A DNA stretch of 64,000 bases, from the NCBI RefSeq assembly GCF_006345805.1, contig NC_043001.1, positions 71,362,001-71,426,000 on the forward strand, read 5' to 3'. The position numbers were made by a program, and so were the translations under genes. This DNA comes from Octopus sinensis. Lineage: Eukaryota. The notes beneath the pieces were generated by a model. It worked only from the letters and a program-made list of their open reading frames with translations. It did no database searches and was not told the DNA's origin. Every line of letters starts with the position of its first letter. Within the stretch, counting starts at the first letter, position 1. Below are positions 34,600 through 48,065 of the stretch, piece after piece.

Positions 34600-36090
34600 T
34601 CCTTAATGCATAGTCATAGGCGTTTATTACTACTCTATAATCTTCTCGGGTCCATTTGATCCTCTTACATTTTTCTTTCTGTGGTAGATGTGGTGGTGGA
34701 CATGGAGACTCAAGTTGGGACAGTTCCCGTTCAAGTCACCATCCAGATTCGTATTCAGAGAAGAGTTTGTACCAGTGGGTGACTTTTTCACCTCAGGCTG
34801 GCTCTCTCCTGGGGAACGTGCTTCCAGATTAATCATAAGAGAAGCAATTTGGTGTACTGTTGTAGTTTTCCTTTCTGTTTCGTAAGACATATATGTGCTA
34901 CATTAAAATTATTAGTATTGAACCCTATGTGACAGATGTAAAGACGGTTTTGTCTCTGCGACTATTGCCACCTCCGCCATGAATGCCGTTACAGCTCCTT
35001 CAACCTTGAAATTGCAGCATTGTTCATCGTTAGTTGCCACTAATTGTGCCTTGATCTGTATCGCTGTATCTAACCTTTGTAGCCATGGCGACTCAATAAC
35101 TGTTATTTAGGTAAGTCTACCTTCTTTGCTCCTACAACTGTGTGGTATTATTAAATATTGTTTAGTTTCGACTTTTGTCTTGTACTTGAGATAAGCATAA
35201 ATAAGTGAGGGTTAGAGAGGATAGCAGGAGGAAGAAAAGCATATTGGTGAATAGACAAAATTCCGCAGGTCTGTAAATATTTTCGGCAGATGGTGAGAAT
35301 GAGATCAACAATGAGTCTTCGCATTTTTGTACGATCAGGAGACAAAAGAAGCGTCACACGCTTGCGGTCAGCAGAGGTCAAATGTATTTACAACTAGTAG
35401 TGATCGATGGGAGCGCTGACCTTGGCCTTGGAGAGAACCAATTCACCTTGTTCTGTTTTTAATTACTGATAGAAAAATAATAATATATATACTGATGTTT
35501 ACATCGTTGAATTTTTGAACTTTTGAATTTTTTGAATTTTTCTTTTCTTTTTATAGGTAGTGCTGTGGTTTACAGTTTGTGTAATTGTGCAGTTTGTGTA
35601 TATTGACAGGTGCGTATCTCCTTAATTTTTATCGTGTGATTAAGCGTGATGCTGCAATAAAAGTTACGTTTACACATTCGAGTAGTCAGGGAGAAAAGAA
35701 GGGTAAAATTTTCACAGAAAAACAAAACTTTTAAATTTTCTAAAGATGTCCGAAAAGAGAAGATTGTAGTGGTCTTGCAATAAAAAGGATGTTAGCATTT
35801 TCTAATAATCAGGGAGAAAGCAAAGGACAGATATTCACAGAAGTTTTAGGAGCTTTAACGCTTTAAAAGATGATCGTTTGTGTGTTCGTCCACAGAAAAC
35901 TGTAGATATGCAAGTTTTTAAATTTAGTTTAAGAGAAATTTTTAAAAAACTCACTGGAAATTGTAGACGTTCTTGTTTTTTAGTTATTTTTTAGTTCTTC
36001 TGTTGGGTTTTATTGGTGTTTCTTTGTCTTCGGCTGCTGATTGATCAGACCCCCGAACACGTCCAGGCGCTGTCAAGGCTAGAGCTCTTA
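34600..36090 (-). mobile_element. 5' part of an R4/Dong-like non-LTR element, interrupted, starting at a (TAA)n tract
   Basis: A minus-strand frame gives KRIKWTREDYRVVINAYDYA (~34610-34670), resembling R4/Dong N-termini. The boundaries are inferred. Confidence 0.45.
35545..35965. repeat. Interspersed repeat, possibly a non-autonomous Helitron fragment
   Basis: Internal sub-repeats (tcagggagaaa..aagg..attttcacagaa). Termini not seen; assignment from recollection only. Confidence 0.3.
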
Positions 36091-36135
<45 letters not shown>

Positions 36136-36159
36136 TATTATTATTATTATTATTATTTA

Positions 36160-36507
36160 CTTTTAATCTGAATGTTGGTTATAATCACTTGCCGAAACAA
36201 AACCCAGTGTTCTGGAGGGAGTGAAGGATAAAAGATGTTACAGTATGACTGAAATCTTGGAGAGGGGAAGTAGCGAAATAACCTCATGGAAAACAATGCA
36301 TATATTTAAATGGATATGGGTTTTCTAAGGATATGGGCAGTACTTGTCCGTGCAGTCTTTTGGATTTCTCTGAGACATGGTTCTCCTGGGATCTTATCTA
36401 GATGTTTCTGGCATCCCTTTTTTATCACACATAGGGCACGTACAATAACAGGAACACTTCTCGTTTTAAGATGCCACATCTTTTGTAGTTCAACTTCCAG
36501 GTCCTTA
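36160..36507 (-). mobile_element. Short 5'-truncated R4/Dong element (REL endonuclease C-terminus and 3' UTR) between (TAA)n tracts
   Basis: YKDLEVELQKMWHLKTRSVPVIVRAL..IKKG...EIQKTARTSTAHILRK. Confidence 0.85.
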
Positions 36508-36545
<38 letters not shown>

Positions 36546-36569
36546 TATTATTATTATTATTATTATTAT

Positions 36570-38080
36570 ATGTTTGTGTTTTGGTCTCTGTCTATACAAG
36601 TTGACTCTAAGTTTCCCCAGAGACCTCAAGAGACAACTTAGAAATTCAAGTCGGTATTATGACTAGAGTGCAATATTTTTTTATTTGCATTGAGAGTGTT
36701 TTTTTTCTAGAGAATATGTCAAAACATCAGAAAATTAAAATTTTGTTTCAAAAGTAATTTGATGATAAGATGATAGTGTGGTCTTAAGATGACAGTAAAA
36801 AGTGTTTGCTATTATGTTCATTTAGAAGTACTTTTGATATAGCTTACAGATTAAAATGTTTTTGGAATCACGAAGACAATAATTTTCATAGGATTTGTGT
36901 AGTTCCCATGAGCACTATTTTTTTGAATTTCTTCTATTTTTGGATATACTGGTATCTGAAACAGGTAAAAATCAGCCCTTTTTCAGAGTACCTATGACAA
37001 CAGGTATTGTTCTAGTCTTAAGGTTCCAAATTTTGCCAATTTGTATTTCAAGATATTTATATTTGCTCAGTTTTTGACAGGTCTTGATAGATACATTATG
37101 TCGATTGGGACAGTTATATCGATGAGGAGGGTGATTTGTGTCTGAAATCCTTCAACATAATGCCTGGCCTATTTGCATCTATCTGTATGTTAGTTTGACC
37201 AGTAAAGTTTCAAATCAGTGAGATCTGATCATTTTCAAGCTCTGTTGAGATAATCTTTGAGTACAAGAAGGCTGCATATGGAGATACTATGATCGATGTT
37301 TACATACACATGTTGGGCTCCTGCCGTTCTTTAACATGTTCGCTTGGTAACGTCTTGTCAGTAGGCATTGATCCTGGGCTGCTATGATAAATCCTTCTGT
37401 CTCTGATTTTAAACCAGAGGACACTAATCATTGGTGGATAAAGGCTTTGTCAACATAAGCATTATTAGCACTCTCTGGGTATTTGCTATTGAGAGGTTTT
37501 TCTTCCCTTTTATCAGTGAGAATATCTAAGGCAGCAGTTTTAACAAGGGTTTTCATACTGTTAGCTTTTTTCTGTGTTTGTTCCCAGTACATCTAATTCT
37601 GAGATCTGCTGTATTTGTAATTCCCTTAAATATTTCCGTGCCTATTTTGTTACTGAATACGAGGTTTTCTCGTTTTCGTGGTTTAAGATACATTTTAGCA
37701 TCTAGTCATTAGAAGTGTTCAGATAAATGTTTAGGCCAATTGTGACAATTTTCAGTCTCAATTCAAGTTATAAGAATCCACGACCAGTCTCTTTTCTTGG
37801 TAAGTAAAGTCGTTCTACATCTGCCTTTGGGTGGTGCATTCTATTCATTGTCAACAATTTTCGAATTTTTGTCTCAGACTTACAGATTTCAGTAATTAAC
37901 CAGTTTATAATATTGATTCTAAAAGCCACGACCGGCATGGTTAAAGTATTAATCACTTCGATCCTGTTTCCTTTGTTTAGCTCTGTCTTGAGTATTACTC
38001 CTACCTTGCGATAATATTGTCTTCTGATCTTTTCTCTCATCATTGAATGTTTGATTCCATCATTCTCATATACCCCTATA
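36570..38080 (-). mobile_element. R4/Dong-clade non-LTR retrotransposon, decayed RT C-terminus plus REL endonuclease
   Basis: YYRKVGVILKTELN..NRIEVIN...HHPKADVERLYLPRKETGRG; IDANRPGI; KLSKYKYLEIQIGKIWNLKTRTIPVVIG. The 3' end lies at (TAA)n. Confidence 0.9.
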
Positions 38081-38249
38081 CATGCATATTTTCATACATT
38101 GATGTTAGATAAAGTCTAATAAAATCCCTATTCACACATTTTTCATACGTGGACACGTAGGTACATATAAATTTGCATACATACATGTATACATACATAT
38201 ATCTATACGTGCATGCACATATACACATGTATGTATACATTAATTATTT

Positions 38250-38500
38250 TTATTTAGTTTGTCCGTCATTTTTGACGATGACCAAGGTCATCCAGTGGTA
38301 AACGGTGTGTCCGGCTGTGGCCGATCAGTCCGATGCATGCTTGGAAGGGTCTGAGCAGGTTTGGCATTGGTGAGCTACCTGGACTGAAGGCGAGAATTCG
38401 GTTCTGGTCTTGCATAGTGCGCGTTTTCTTTCAACCCCTGGAATCGTGCTCTATGCGAAGGAGTTGGTACCGCCTGTTGGTGCAGTTTTTCCAGGAAGGG
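38250..38500 (-). mobile_element. RTE (BovB-like) LINE 3' end
   Basis: The minus strand encodes RPFQACIGLIGHSRTH (C2H2-like RTE terminus) followed by a short UTR. Confidence 0.65.
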
Positions 38501-38639
38501 CTGTATTGAATATATGTGCACAATTATGTATATAAGTGCGTGCATATTTCCAAATGCTATGAAAAAGTCTTGAAAGTGGATTCGAAACTGACTTTTGTAG
38601 CGGAGGGAAATTCGAAAAATTAAACCAGAAAAAGAGCCA

Positions 38640-39067
38640 TATATAAATGTATACATATACACATACTTATACATACACACATGCATACATATGTGCATTG
38701 AAACATGCCTAAAATATATAAGTGTATATTTATACGTGTACACGTTCGTGCATTTATGTATATTCATATATAAACGTACATATATATACACGCATTCCTA
38801 CATATGCCTATATATATTTTCATAGAATCATACATACATTCACATATACATTCAAACATACGCACATACATATAAGCATGCACTCAGTCGCACATTCATA
38901 TATCACCACATCCATGCATACATGCATCTGTACATATATACATTCATACTTACATATATGCATACGTGCATATGTTTATGCACATACACACACGCGCGCA
39001 CACAAATAAATATACACATTCACACATACATACTTTGATACATGGATACAATAAATATATGTATATA

Positions 39068-39119
<52 letters not shown>

Positions 39120-39143
39120 TATATATATGTATATATATATATG

Positions 39144-39199
<56 letters not shown>

Positions 39200-39564
39200 T
39201 ACACAAAAGCGATGATATTGACAAACAGGCTTATCTGTTGACAAGTATACTAGCGTACATATAATGGCTTACCTGTTATGTAAATCAACGCCACTCTACG
39301 TTTAAACACCCACACCTCCCCAACAAACATTCCATAGCACTCTCAGTTGCAAAGCTGTTTACTTTCCACTCTTCAGATCAATATAAAGCATAAGAGACGC
39401 AATTATTCACGTACACACGTAAATTCACATACATCCACATACATTTACATACACTTTTATACAGACCTTCTTTCAGCCTCTCTACATTTATCCATATCTA
39501 ACCCCATTAAATAAGTATCTCAATATATATATATATATATATCTATATATATATATATATATAT

Positions 39565-39630
<66 letters not shown>

Positions 39631-39673
39631 GTATATATGTATATATATATATTATATATATATATATTATATA

Positions 39674-39718
<45 letters not shown>

Positions 39719-39852
39719 ATAATATATATATATATACATACATATATTTATATATACATATATGTATATATATACATATATTTATATACATATATATAAG
39801 TATATATGAATTTATATATATAGATAGATAGATATATCTACATACATACATT

Positions 39853-39898
<46 letters not shown>

Positions 39899-40013
39899 CA
39901 TACATATATTTATGTGTGTGTGTATATATATATACATACATAAATGTATGTATAGTATCTAATACATATGTAAGCATCTATATCAATATATATACACACA
40001 AGCACTTATGTGT

Positions 40014-40050
<37 letters not shown>

Positions 40051-40062
40051 TGTGTGTGTGTG
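38640..40062. repeat. Large compound (TA)/(CA)/(TG) microsatellite block
   Basis: Read directly; it contains a short unique island at ~39200-39520. Confidence 0.9.
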
Positions 40063-40756
40063 CATTCTTTAGAAGTTTCTAAAGCATTCCGTAGGTAAAG
40101 TATTCAATCAATAATACTGTTCAATCTTCTAATTCTATCGAGAATATTCCTCGATTTTACTTTTCCATTTTCTTTTCATATATTTTCCTTGTCATAAAAA
40201 AACGGAACATTTTTCATTTATATATTTGGTTAAATGTCGCATATTTTTCCCCTCTTAAGCTTTGTTTGTTTGTTTTTTTATAATTTATGGAATACATTTG
40301 CAAAAATAATAGCAACATAAAAGAAGTCACTTGTATAACAACATGAAATATAACTAAAAATATTTCCGAAGATGTTAGATAAATATATAGGACGTTTAAT
40401 GTTTGTAAATCATATATTACATAAGGTGTTTACGACCAATAAAATGCAGCGAAAAAAAAGCATAATACCTCACCTCAGCGACCAAACACGAAAATATACA
40501 CCTGCGCTCTGTAAATTACCGCCGGTTAACCGAATGCGGCAAATAAAATACATATATACACACACACCCATATACACGGGCGTACGCAGATATACAACAC
40601 ATACACACACTCGCGCGCGCGCACACAAACAGCACATTTTAATTTCTATTTTAGAAAAAATTTAGTATGCAGAATATGTGTATGTATGTATTTGTATCTC
40701 TGTATGTATGTATGTATGTATGTATGTATGTATGTATATACATACTTATATTCGTG

Positions 40757-40789
<33 letters not shown>

Positions 40790-42539
40790 ACATGTATGTG
40801 CATGTGTGTGTTTACTTATGCCACTGAGTTCTATTTTCTTCCGTTTACAAAACAGACTATTTCATAAACAATACACAGACATGCACATATATGCACATAT
40901 ATATATATGAATATATACGCATGTATCGACGTGTGAATGTGCATTTGTTTGCATATAAATATATATATATATATATATAAATATCTATACATATGTGTGT
41001 GTTTGTGTATGCATGTATATATGAATGAATGAAAGAACAAAACAGAAAGAAAGAAAAGGAGGTTGAGGACAATACGGTGCCAGTAATTTCTTGGTTCAAG
41101 TTTGATATTATTGTAGAATAACTACAATAATAGAAACAACATGCATCACCAACAACATCAATGACGTAAACAATGTTCTACTGTAGGCGGCATCAAACCA
41201 GTCACATGTATAAGATGTATTGCTGAAAAGAACCATATCGATTATTTTAGTTATTTCAAGTAACAATACATCCTGTATTCGACACTTCTCCAGTATATCC
41301 TAAAGGTTTCTACAGCTGACAATATATGCTCAAACATGATCCTGTTTATGTATTTGAAAAGAAATGCATCTAAGTTACGTTTGTATTTGTATTCGTGACA
41401 AAATAATGATTTCGAATGAAGCTGCATGGAGAAACATTGCAGAAGAGACGTAATGTAGATTGAATCGACCATAACGTATAATCGGTGCTTGTTTTAATCG
41501 AATCCAAAAAGATAAAAGGCCGTATTGATCTTAGTAGTTGAAATGTGAATATTTCTAAAGCGAAACTAAATCTAAAATGTAAAGTAACTCATCCGGTGTT
41601 CAGTGGTTTGTACATTTTTATTATGGTAGTGGAGGTGGCGGCGATGGTGGTATTGTTGGTGGTGGTGGTGGTAATGGCAAAGGTAGTGGTAGTGGTTTGG
41701 GTGGGATTTTTTTACACCATTTCAACCGCCTCTTTCAGATAAAAATATCGTTGAACACTTGAGGGATTTCGGAACGAATGACCATAGTTTTAAGGATCGT
41801 TTCTTAAGTATGTCCTGAAACAAAGTAAACAACAGTGGCTACAATCCGTAATTGGCACATCTACATATTAAAGAATTACAGAGTTATTCTGTATTGAAAT
41901 ATCTAAGGAATACAATCACGTCTGTCATCGTGATTGTAATATTTTAGACAAAATAATATTTATTGGCCATTGTACTTAAATAACAGCTGCCTGGACGAGA
42001 ATATAATGTAAATTTAATCGCCGCCTGATATTATAGTTAATCACAACTTGCACCAAAAGTACTGATAATACATTATCGGCGTTGTAGAAAGAGTCTCTTT
42101 GATATGTATATTTCTGATAATATCCCTTTGAAGAGATTAGTTAATCACCAAAACACAGCAGGGTATTAATAAGAGTTAGTAGATAAGTTCAATGGGTTGA
42201 ATCGTCGCCATAAAGAAGGAAGCTCATGTTTCAAATTTCTGTTTTATTCAGAGAAAGAGACAGAGAGAGCGGAAGAGAGACGAAGGTAAGAAGTGAGGGT
42301 TAGAACAGCAGTGGTATCATTAAGGTCGCAAATTGCGTATGAGAAGATGAAATAAAGGAATGACGTGGAGTGGTATATATATATATTTATTAGGAAGGGC
42401 TGACAAAATACTGAGAGACTTTGTGAGTATGATGAGAAAGAAATTGTGTTGGTGAAGTCGTATAATTATGAGATAACTTTTATGCCTAATTACTGTTTCA
42501 TTCATAACAACGGAAAGGAAATTCTGAAACCCCTAGCCC

Positions 42540-42775
42540 CACTCATTATCCCATAAGATTACTTCTCTTACAACTTCTCAATACGCAGCTTATCCTGAAC
42601 CTTAGCTCTATTAAGACCAGCATATAAAAGGGGAAAACCTTTACCATCAACTTGAGTAGCACTATTTCAAGGGAACTAAATGTGTCCAAACTCCTGTGGT
42701 CCCTCTCTTTTATTCTCTTGATCTCCACCCGCAAAACTATTTTTGGTGTTGCGCCTCTTATGTTTCTTTGCATTG
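42540..42775 (-). mobile_element. Probable decayed LINE 3' fragment
   Basis: GATPKIVLRVEIKRIKERDHRSLD...R..LMG*; weak similarity only. Confidence 0.3.
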
Positions 42776-42904
42776 CGATATATATGTGGGAGATTGTATG
42801 GGGAGTTGTAGTGTGTGAGGGGTGTATGTATGTCTGTGTTTGTGTGTGTGTCTGTGTGTTTGTGCGTATGTGAGAGAGTCCGCGTGTGTGTGAGAGAGAG
42901 AGAG

Positions 42905-42922
42905 AATAGATGATATAGATGC

Positions 42923-42953
<31 letters not shown>

Positions 42954-43032
42954 TATATAGATAGACAGACAGACAGGCAGATAGATAGATAGACAGACAG
43001 ACAGACAGTTAGATAGACAGATAGATAGATAA

Positions 43033-43120
<88 letters not shown>

Positions 43121-43122
43121 AA
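42905..43122. repeat. (GACA)n/(GATA)n microsatellite
   Basis: Read directly from the sequence. Confidence 0.95.
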
Positions 43123-43296
43123 GAAAAAGCCAAGGCCAACTTAATGCATCACAGTCCGATGATCGCTTAAGTAGTCGGAATTTCGAAATCACTGTTAATA
43201 GTATTCTTGTTAAAGAATAATAATTTTGCACTCTACAAAAGTAAGGAGTATCATTTGAGATTAATGTTAAATCGTTTTTATTATAAATGAACATAA

Positions 43297-43485
43297 GGTG
43301 GTGAGCTGGTTGAGTCGTTAGCACACTGGGCGAAATGCTTAGCCGTATTTCGTCTGCCGCTACGTTCTGAGTTCAAATTCTGTCGAGGTCGACTTTTCCT
43401 TTCATTCTTTCGGGGTCTATAAATTAAGTACTAGTGTAACACTTGGGTCGACGTGATGAACTTAACCCATCCCCAAATTTCAGGC
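43297..43485 (+). mobile_element. SINE family A
   Basis: ggtggtgagctgg...ctgagttcaaattc...ttcggggtctataaattaagtac. Confidence 0.85.
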
Positions 43486-44246
43486 CTACTATATCAGTTC
43501 TTTCAAACCTCTAAGTTATGGGGGTGTAAATACACCAGCACCAGGTTTCAAATGGTGGGCGTGGGGAACAAAGACACTCACGCATATACATGTGTATATA
43601 CTGTACATTCGTATACAGGTGTAACACAGCTACCATTTTAACATATATATTTTAAAGATCTATATGGCCATATCGGTTTATATATCATAGCTACATTCAA
43701 ATAAATATTCCTAATAAAAGATACTGGCTAATATAGAAATGAGCAGTTAATGTATTCTAGCACGCGAATTGACAGATTTTTCTATGTTGGTTTACACGAA
43801 GATCTTCAACCTAAAGGTAACACTTTCCCTTAATCTAAGAATTGAAATTTGCTTAGAATTTACTTTACATTTAACTAGACTTCTCCAAAAGTATAGAAAA
43901 TTTACTTTAAATTTATAGAGTATTTTTCCATACATCCACACTGTTAAAACATATGGGGAATGATAGCAGAGAAATAATATCGAAGTCACTGTTGGATAAA
44001 GAAATCTTCGTCAATGCGGTTCATTACTGCAACAAAGCACTAGAAATTAGCTGATTCAATAATACGAGGTTATGTATTCATAGCACTCCGCTATTCAATT
44101 GTAAAAAAATACAGGACTGCATCATCACGCTGTTCGCAACACCTTTTTCCCAAGATATTTCATGTAATATTACAGAATTTTCCTCGCTTTAATAAAGATT
44201 TCAGTTGCGAACATTTTTCAGTATTATAAATACATGCATTATATAT

Positions 44247-44322
<76 letters not shown>

Positions 44323-44324
<2 letters not shown>

Positions 44325-44447
44325 GACAGGCATTGGTCGGCCCGGAGCTATAGCAGAAGACATTTGCCCAGATGCCACGCAGTGGGACTGAACCCAGAAC
44401 CATGTGGTTGGTTAGCAAGCTACTTACCACACAGCCACTCCTGCGCC
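44323..44447 (-). mobile_element. SINE family B, 5' half
   Basis: Reverse complement reads ggcgcaggagtggctgtgtggtaagtagcttgc... Confidence 0.85.
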
Positions 44448-44479
44448 TATACCTGCATTAATTATTTTTGAGCATACAT

Positions 44480-45559
44480 TGTCTGGGAGACCTTTCTTAT
44501 AGTAGAGGAAATAGCTAAAATTTTTGGGTTGCTATTTCTAAAAGTTCGGTGTGTGGTAAAGTAAATTATTTTACTGAACCCTAATTATACGAGGGGCGTT
44601 CAATACGTAATGCCCCTGACCCACTTCCCATAGCAGTAGAGCAACGAAACTTGGCACAGTTATTAGTCTTTTTCTACATAGGAACCACCCAGAGTTACGC
44701 ATTTCTCCCATCGTTTGATGCGGCTCTGGAGACCGTTTTTGTAGAAGAACCCAGCTTGGTCCCCCAACCTCAACGTGACTTCAGAAATCAAGGCTGCATC
44801 ATCTGGGAACCGCTTTCCTTTCAAAAACAACTTCATGATTGGGAAGAGGTGAAAATCAGAGGGTGCAAGGTCAGGAAAGTAGGGGGGATGGGGAGGAGTT
44901 CATAGCCATACGCCTGTGCTTCTGGAACCATCTGGCAGACACCTTTTGCATATGCAAATGGTCATGAATGATAGTTTCCACAGACCAGGTACTAATCTTG
45001 ACCTCATGGGCTATTTGGCGAATAATTATGCGTCGATCTTCCAAAATGGCAGCCTCAACTTGACGGACAGATGCCTCATCAATGGCAGAAGGGGGCGACC
45101 AGATCTGGGAGCTGTTTCCACAGAGTTCTGACCATGTTTGAATTCACGATGCCAGCGTTTTACAAGGTCATATGATGGGGCATCATCACCATAAGTTACT
45201 TTCATTTCATCAAAAGTCTCCCGTGGTGTGCGTCCTTTCAAATACAAAAACCGGATCACTGCTCAACACTCAACAGGCTCCATTTCACACTTGACTCGGT
45301 TCAAACACCTGTAAATCAGAAACCACAATTAATGCAGAGCTGTAATTTGCCACTTACTGTATAGAGATATAAATGATTTCACATGCAAAATTTCAGCTAG
45401 ATCAAACAATTGCAAGTGGGTCAGAAGCATTACTTATTGAACGTCCCTCGTATAACGTAATGTTTTAAATATACCGTAAATTGTCTTTTTACGTACTGAA
45501 TACTACTTGGTAAAATTATTAATTAATAATTAATTAATTTTACCCTTTTATTATTGACT
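44480..45559 (+). mobile_element. 3' fragment of retrozyme-like family 3, split by a mariner
   Basis: 44500-44589 joined to 45453-45559 is colinear with 756-955; ends at (TA)n. Confidence 0.75.
44590..45450 (-). mobile_element. Internally deleted mariner with intact TIRs and TA target-site duplication
   Basis: TIR cgaggggcgttcaata.gtaatgc..ctgacccactt at both ends; HTH VIRFLYLKG...RSGRP; C-terminal HPPYFPDLAPSDFHLF. Confidence 0.95.
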
Positions 45560-45564
45560 ATATA

Positions 45565-45674
<110 letters not shown>

Positions 45675-46032
45675 GTTTTTAAATGTTTTTATACATGTAT
45701 ATATATATATATATTATAAATACGTATATGAATATACATATACGTGTATGTATGTGAGAGAGTGTGTGCGTGTATGTACTATATATGTATATATGTATTA
45801 TGTATGTATGCAAATGATATGCAATCATACCTATGTAGTTATATATTCATACATTCATTAGTCTACAGACCTACTATATAGAGATAAGTCAGAAGTACAT
45901 GGTGTTCAAAATACCTCTCCGCAGTAAATATTTTATTGCAAAATAAATATTTATAAGCTGATATAAGACTACAAAAGAATATATTAGGCATTACACGACT
46001 AAACTTTATAAGAGGTGCTGAAAATATCGTCA

Positions 46033-46551
46033 TCCATACCTATATATATAAAACTGTAATTGTGTGAGTGTCTGTCCCCTTCGATTTAGATTCCTAACTA
46101 CTCCCACATTTTGCGGTACAGTTTAACCAAATTCGGGTATCTTATAGTCGTGATTCATATCGAGCCCGTCTGAGTATTAGCGCGCGTCTACGATGAGTCT
46201 ACGATTTTAAAAATAATTTAACATAATTTTTTATTCCATTTTAATGCATAATTTTTCGTGTGTCGATGGCGGCGGAGTTGGCGTCCATGGTCACACCTGC
46301 ACCTGCTTGCTTCTCCCCCTTCTTCCCTCCCTCGTGAAGCTGTGGGGAAGGGAGTATAAGGAAATCAACGTCGTAAAGCGTTGTCAAGGAGACCAGCGTT
46401 CTTTTAGAACAACGACTTCATGGCTTGAAGACACCAAAACAGAAATGGCTAAGAAAGCCCGGATTGGCATCTATAAGGGAAGTAACTCCCTAAAAATGCT
46501 TATATAGTTATTTCCCTTACAAACCCGAGCAACGCCGGGCGATACTGCTAG
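46033..46551 (+). mobile_element. Non-autonomous Helitron
   Basis: 5' end A|TC..ctatatatataaaa; 3' hairpin cccgagcaacgccggg followed by CTAG|T; no TSD. Confidence 0.85.
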
Positions 46552-46559
46552 TTCAATAC

Positions 46560-46985
46560 CTAAGTTGACTCTTGTACACATGTTTTGAAATACATCTTGG
46601 AGAGTCTGACGCGGTATGGACCGTGTGAAGGTTATGATTGCGTCTTTTAACTCATTAATGTTTTTCGGGCAATTCTTGTGTACAGATCATTTACTTGCTC
46701 CCCAGAAACAAAAGCCTTGTGATGTTAAATAAGGTGATCTTGGTGTCCAAATTCCTTCGAAATAATCCGTCACCGAAAAACTCTTGAAGTGGTGCCATGC
46801 TGATGCGCGAAGTATGTGCTGTAGCTCCATTTTGCTGAAAGTATGCATTATTAATTTAACTTTAGGTAAGTTGGCTTACAAATGGATACACAATATTTGA
46901 GCAATCTCGGTGTTGATGGTGTTTTCCAAAATATTCACCGCGAAGAGACGTCTTGAACACCCTGCACAAACTCAACTGTAATGTA
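46560..46985 (-). pseudogene. Tc1/mariner-superfamily (Tc3/maT-like) transposase fragment
   Basis: QQNGATAHT and TPRSPYLTSQGFCFW, corresponding to WPPRSPDLTPLDFFLW. Confidence 0.6.
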
Positions 46986-47924
46986 TTCATACATTAGAAT
47001 AACTGTGCGTGTGTGTGTATTTGTGTGTGCGTGTGCATATGTGTGTGATTAAAGATTTTTTTAAATGTACCGAAGCACATATATACTTATTACACAATAT
47101 AGAAGAATAAATATGCACATTCAAAAAATGTATTAGTAAGAATGCATATACGTGCGTATTTATACAGACATATATACCCAAGGAAACATACATATACATA
47201 CATATATATGAATATATGTGTGTGTATATATATAAATATGTGTATATATATACACACATATATATCTACATGCATACATGCATGCATACACACATGCACA
47301 TTTACACATTAAAGCAAATATATAGCTAGACAGATGCATAATTGCATATATACATACAGACACATATGCATGTATATATATACACATATGCATATATGCT
47401 TGGATTCACCCACCATTATTCTCTCTCCACTACCCCCATTACATTCCATTGTTTCAGCCTCTCTAATCAGCCAGTCCATTCGTAAACGGCCATGGACTTA
47501 AAAATTACATACCAGTCCAATACACACATATTTATATCTCTATTCACTGCGTCTATTCTTGTCTGTCCTTATTTTTTTACAATTCTCTTTACTCCTTCCG
47601 TCTAGACCTTACTTTTATTCGTCACTCTTTACTTTCTTTGCTTCCGTTTTATTCTTCTTGTCAATTTTTCTTCATTTTTTTCTTCTTTTTCTTTCTATTA
47701 TATATTCCATATTATTCCGCCATTCTGGTTCTGCATTCTTTGTTTGTTTCCTTTTCATGCTTCATATATTTTCTCTATAACTATACATTAAAAGGTTTCT
47801 ATATATATATGTGTGTGTGTATGTACATATATTACGTTTATGTGTATGTGCGTGTGTGAGATATGCCACTGTCCTTGTGCTTTCGTTGCATATCTACCGC
47901 TTTGGTTATGAACATACGCATATA

Positions 47925-48027
<103 letters not shown>

Positions 48028-48028
48028 T

Positions 48029-48059
<31 letters not shown>

Positions 48060-48065
48060 TACATA

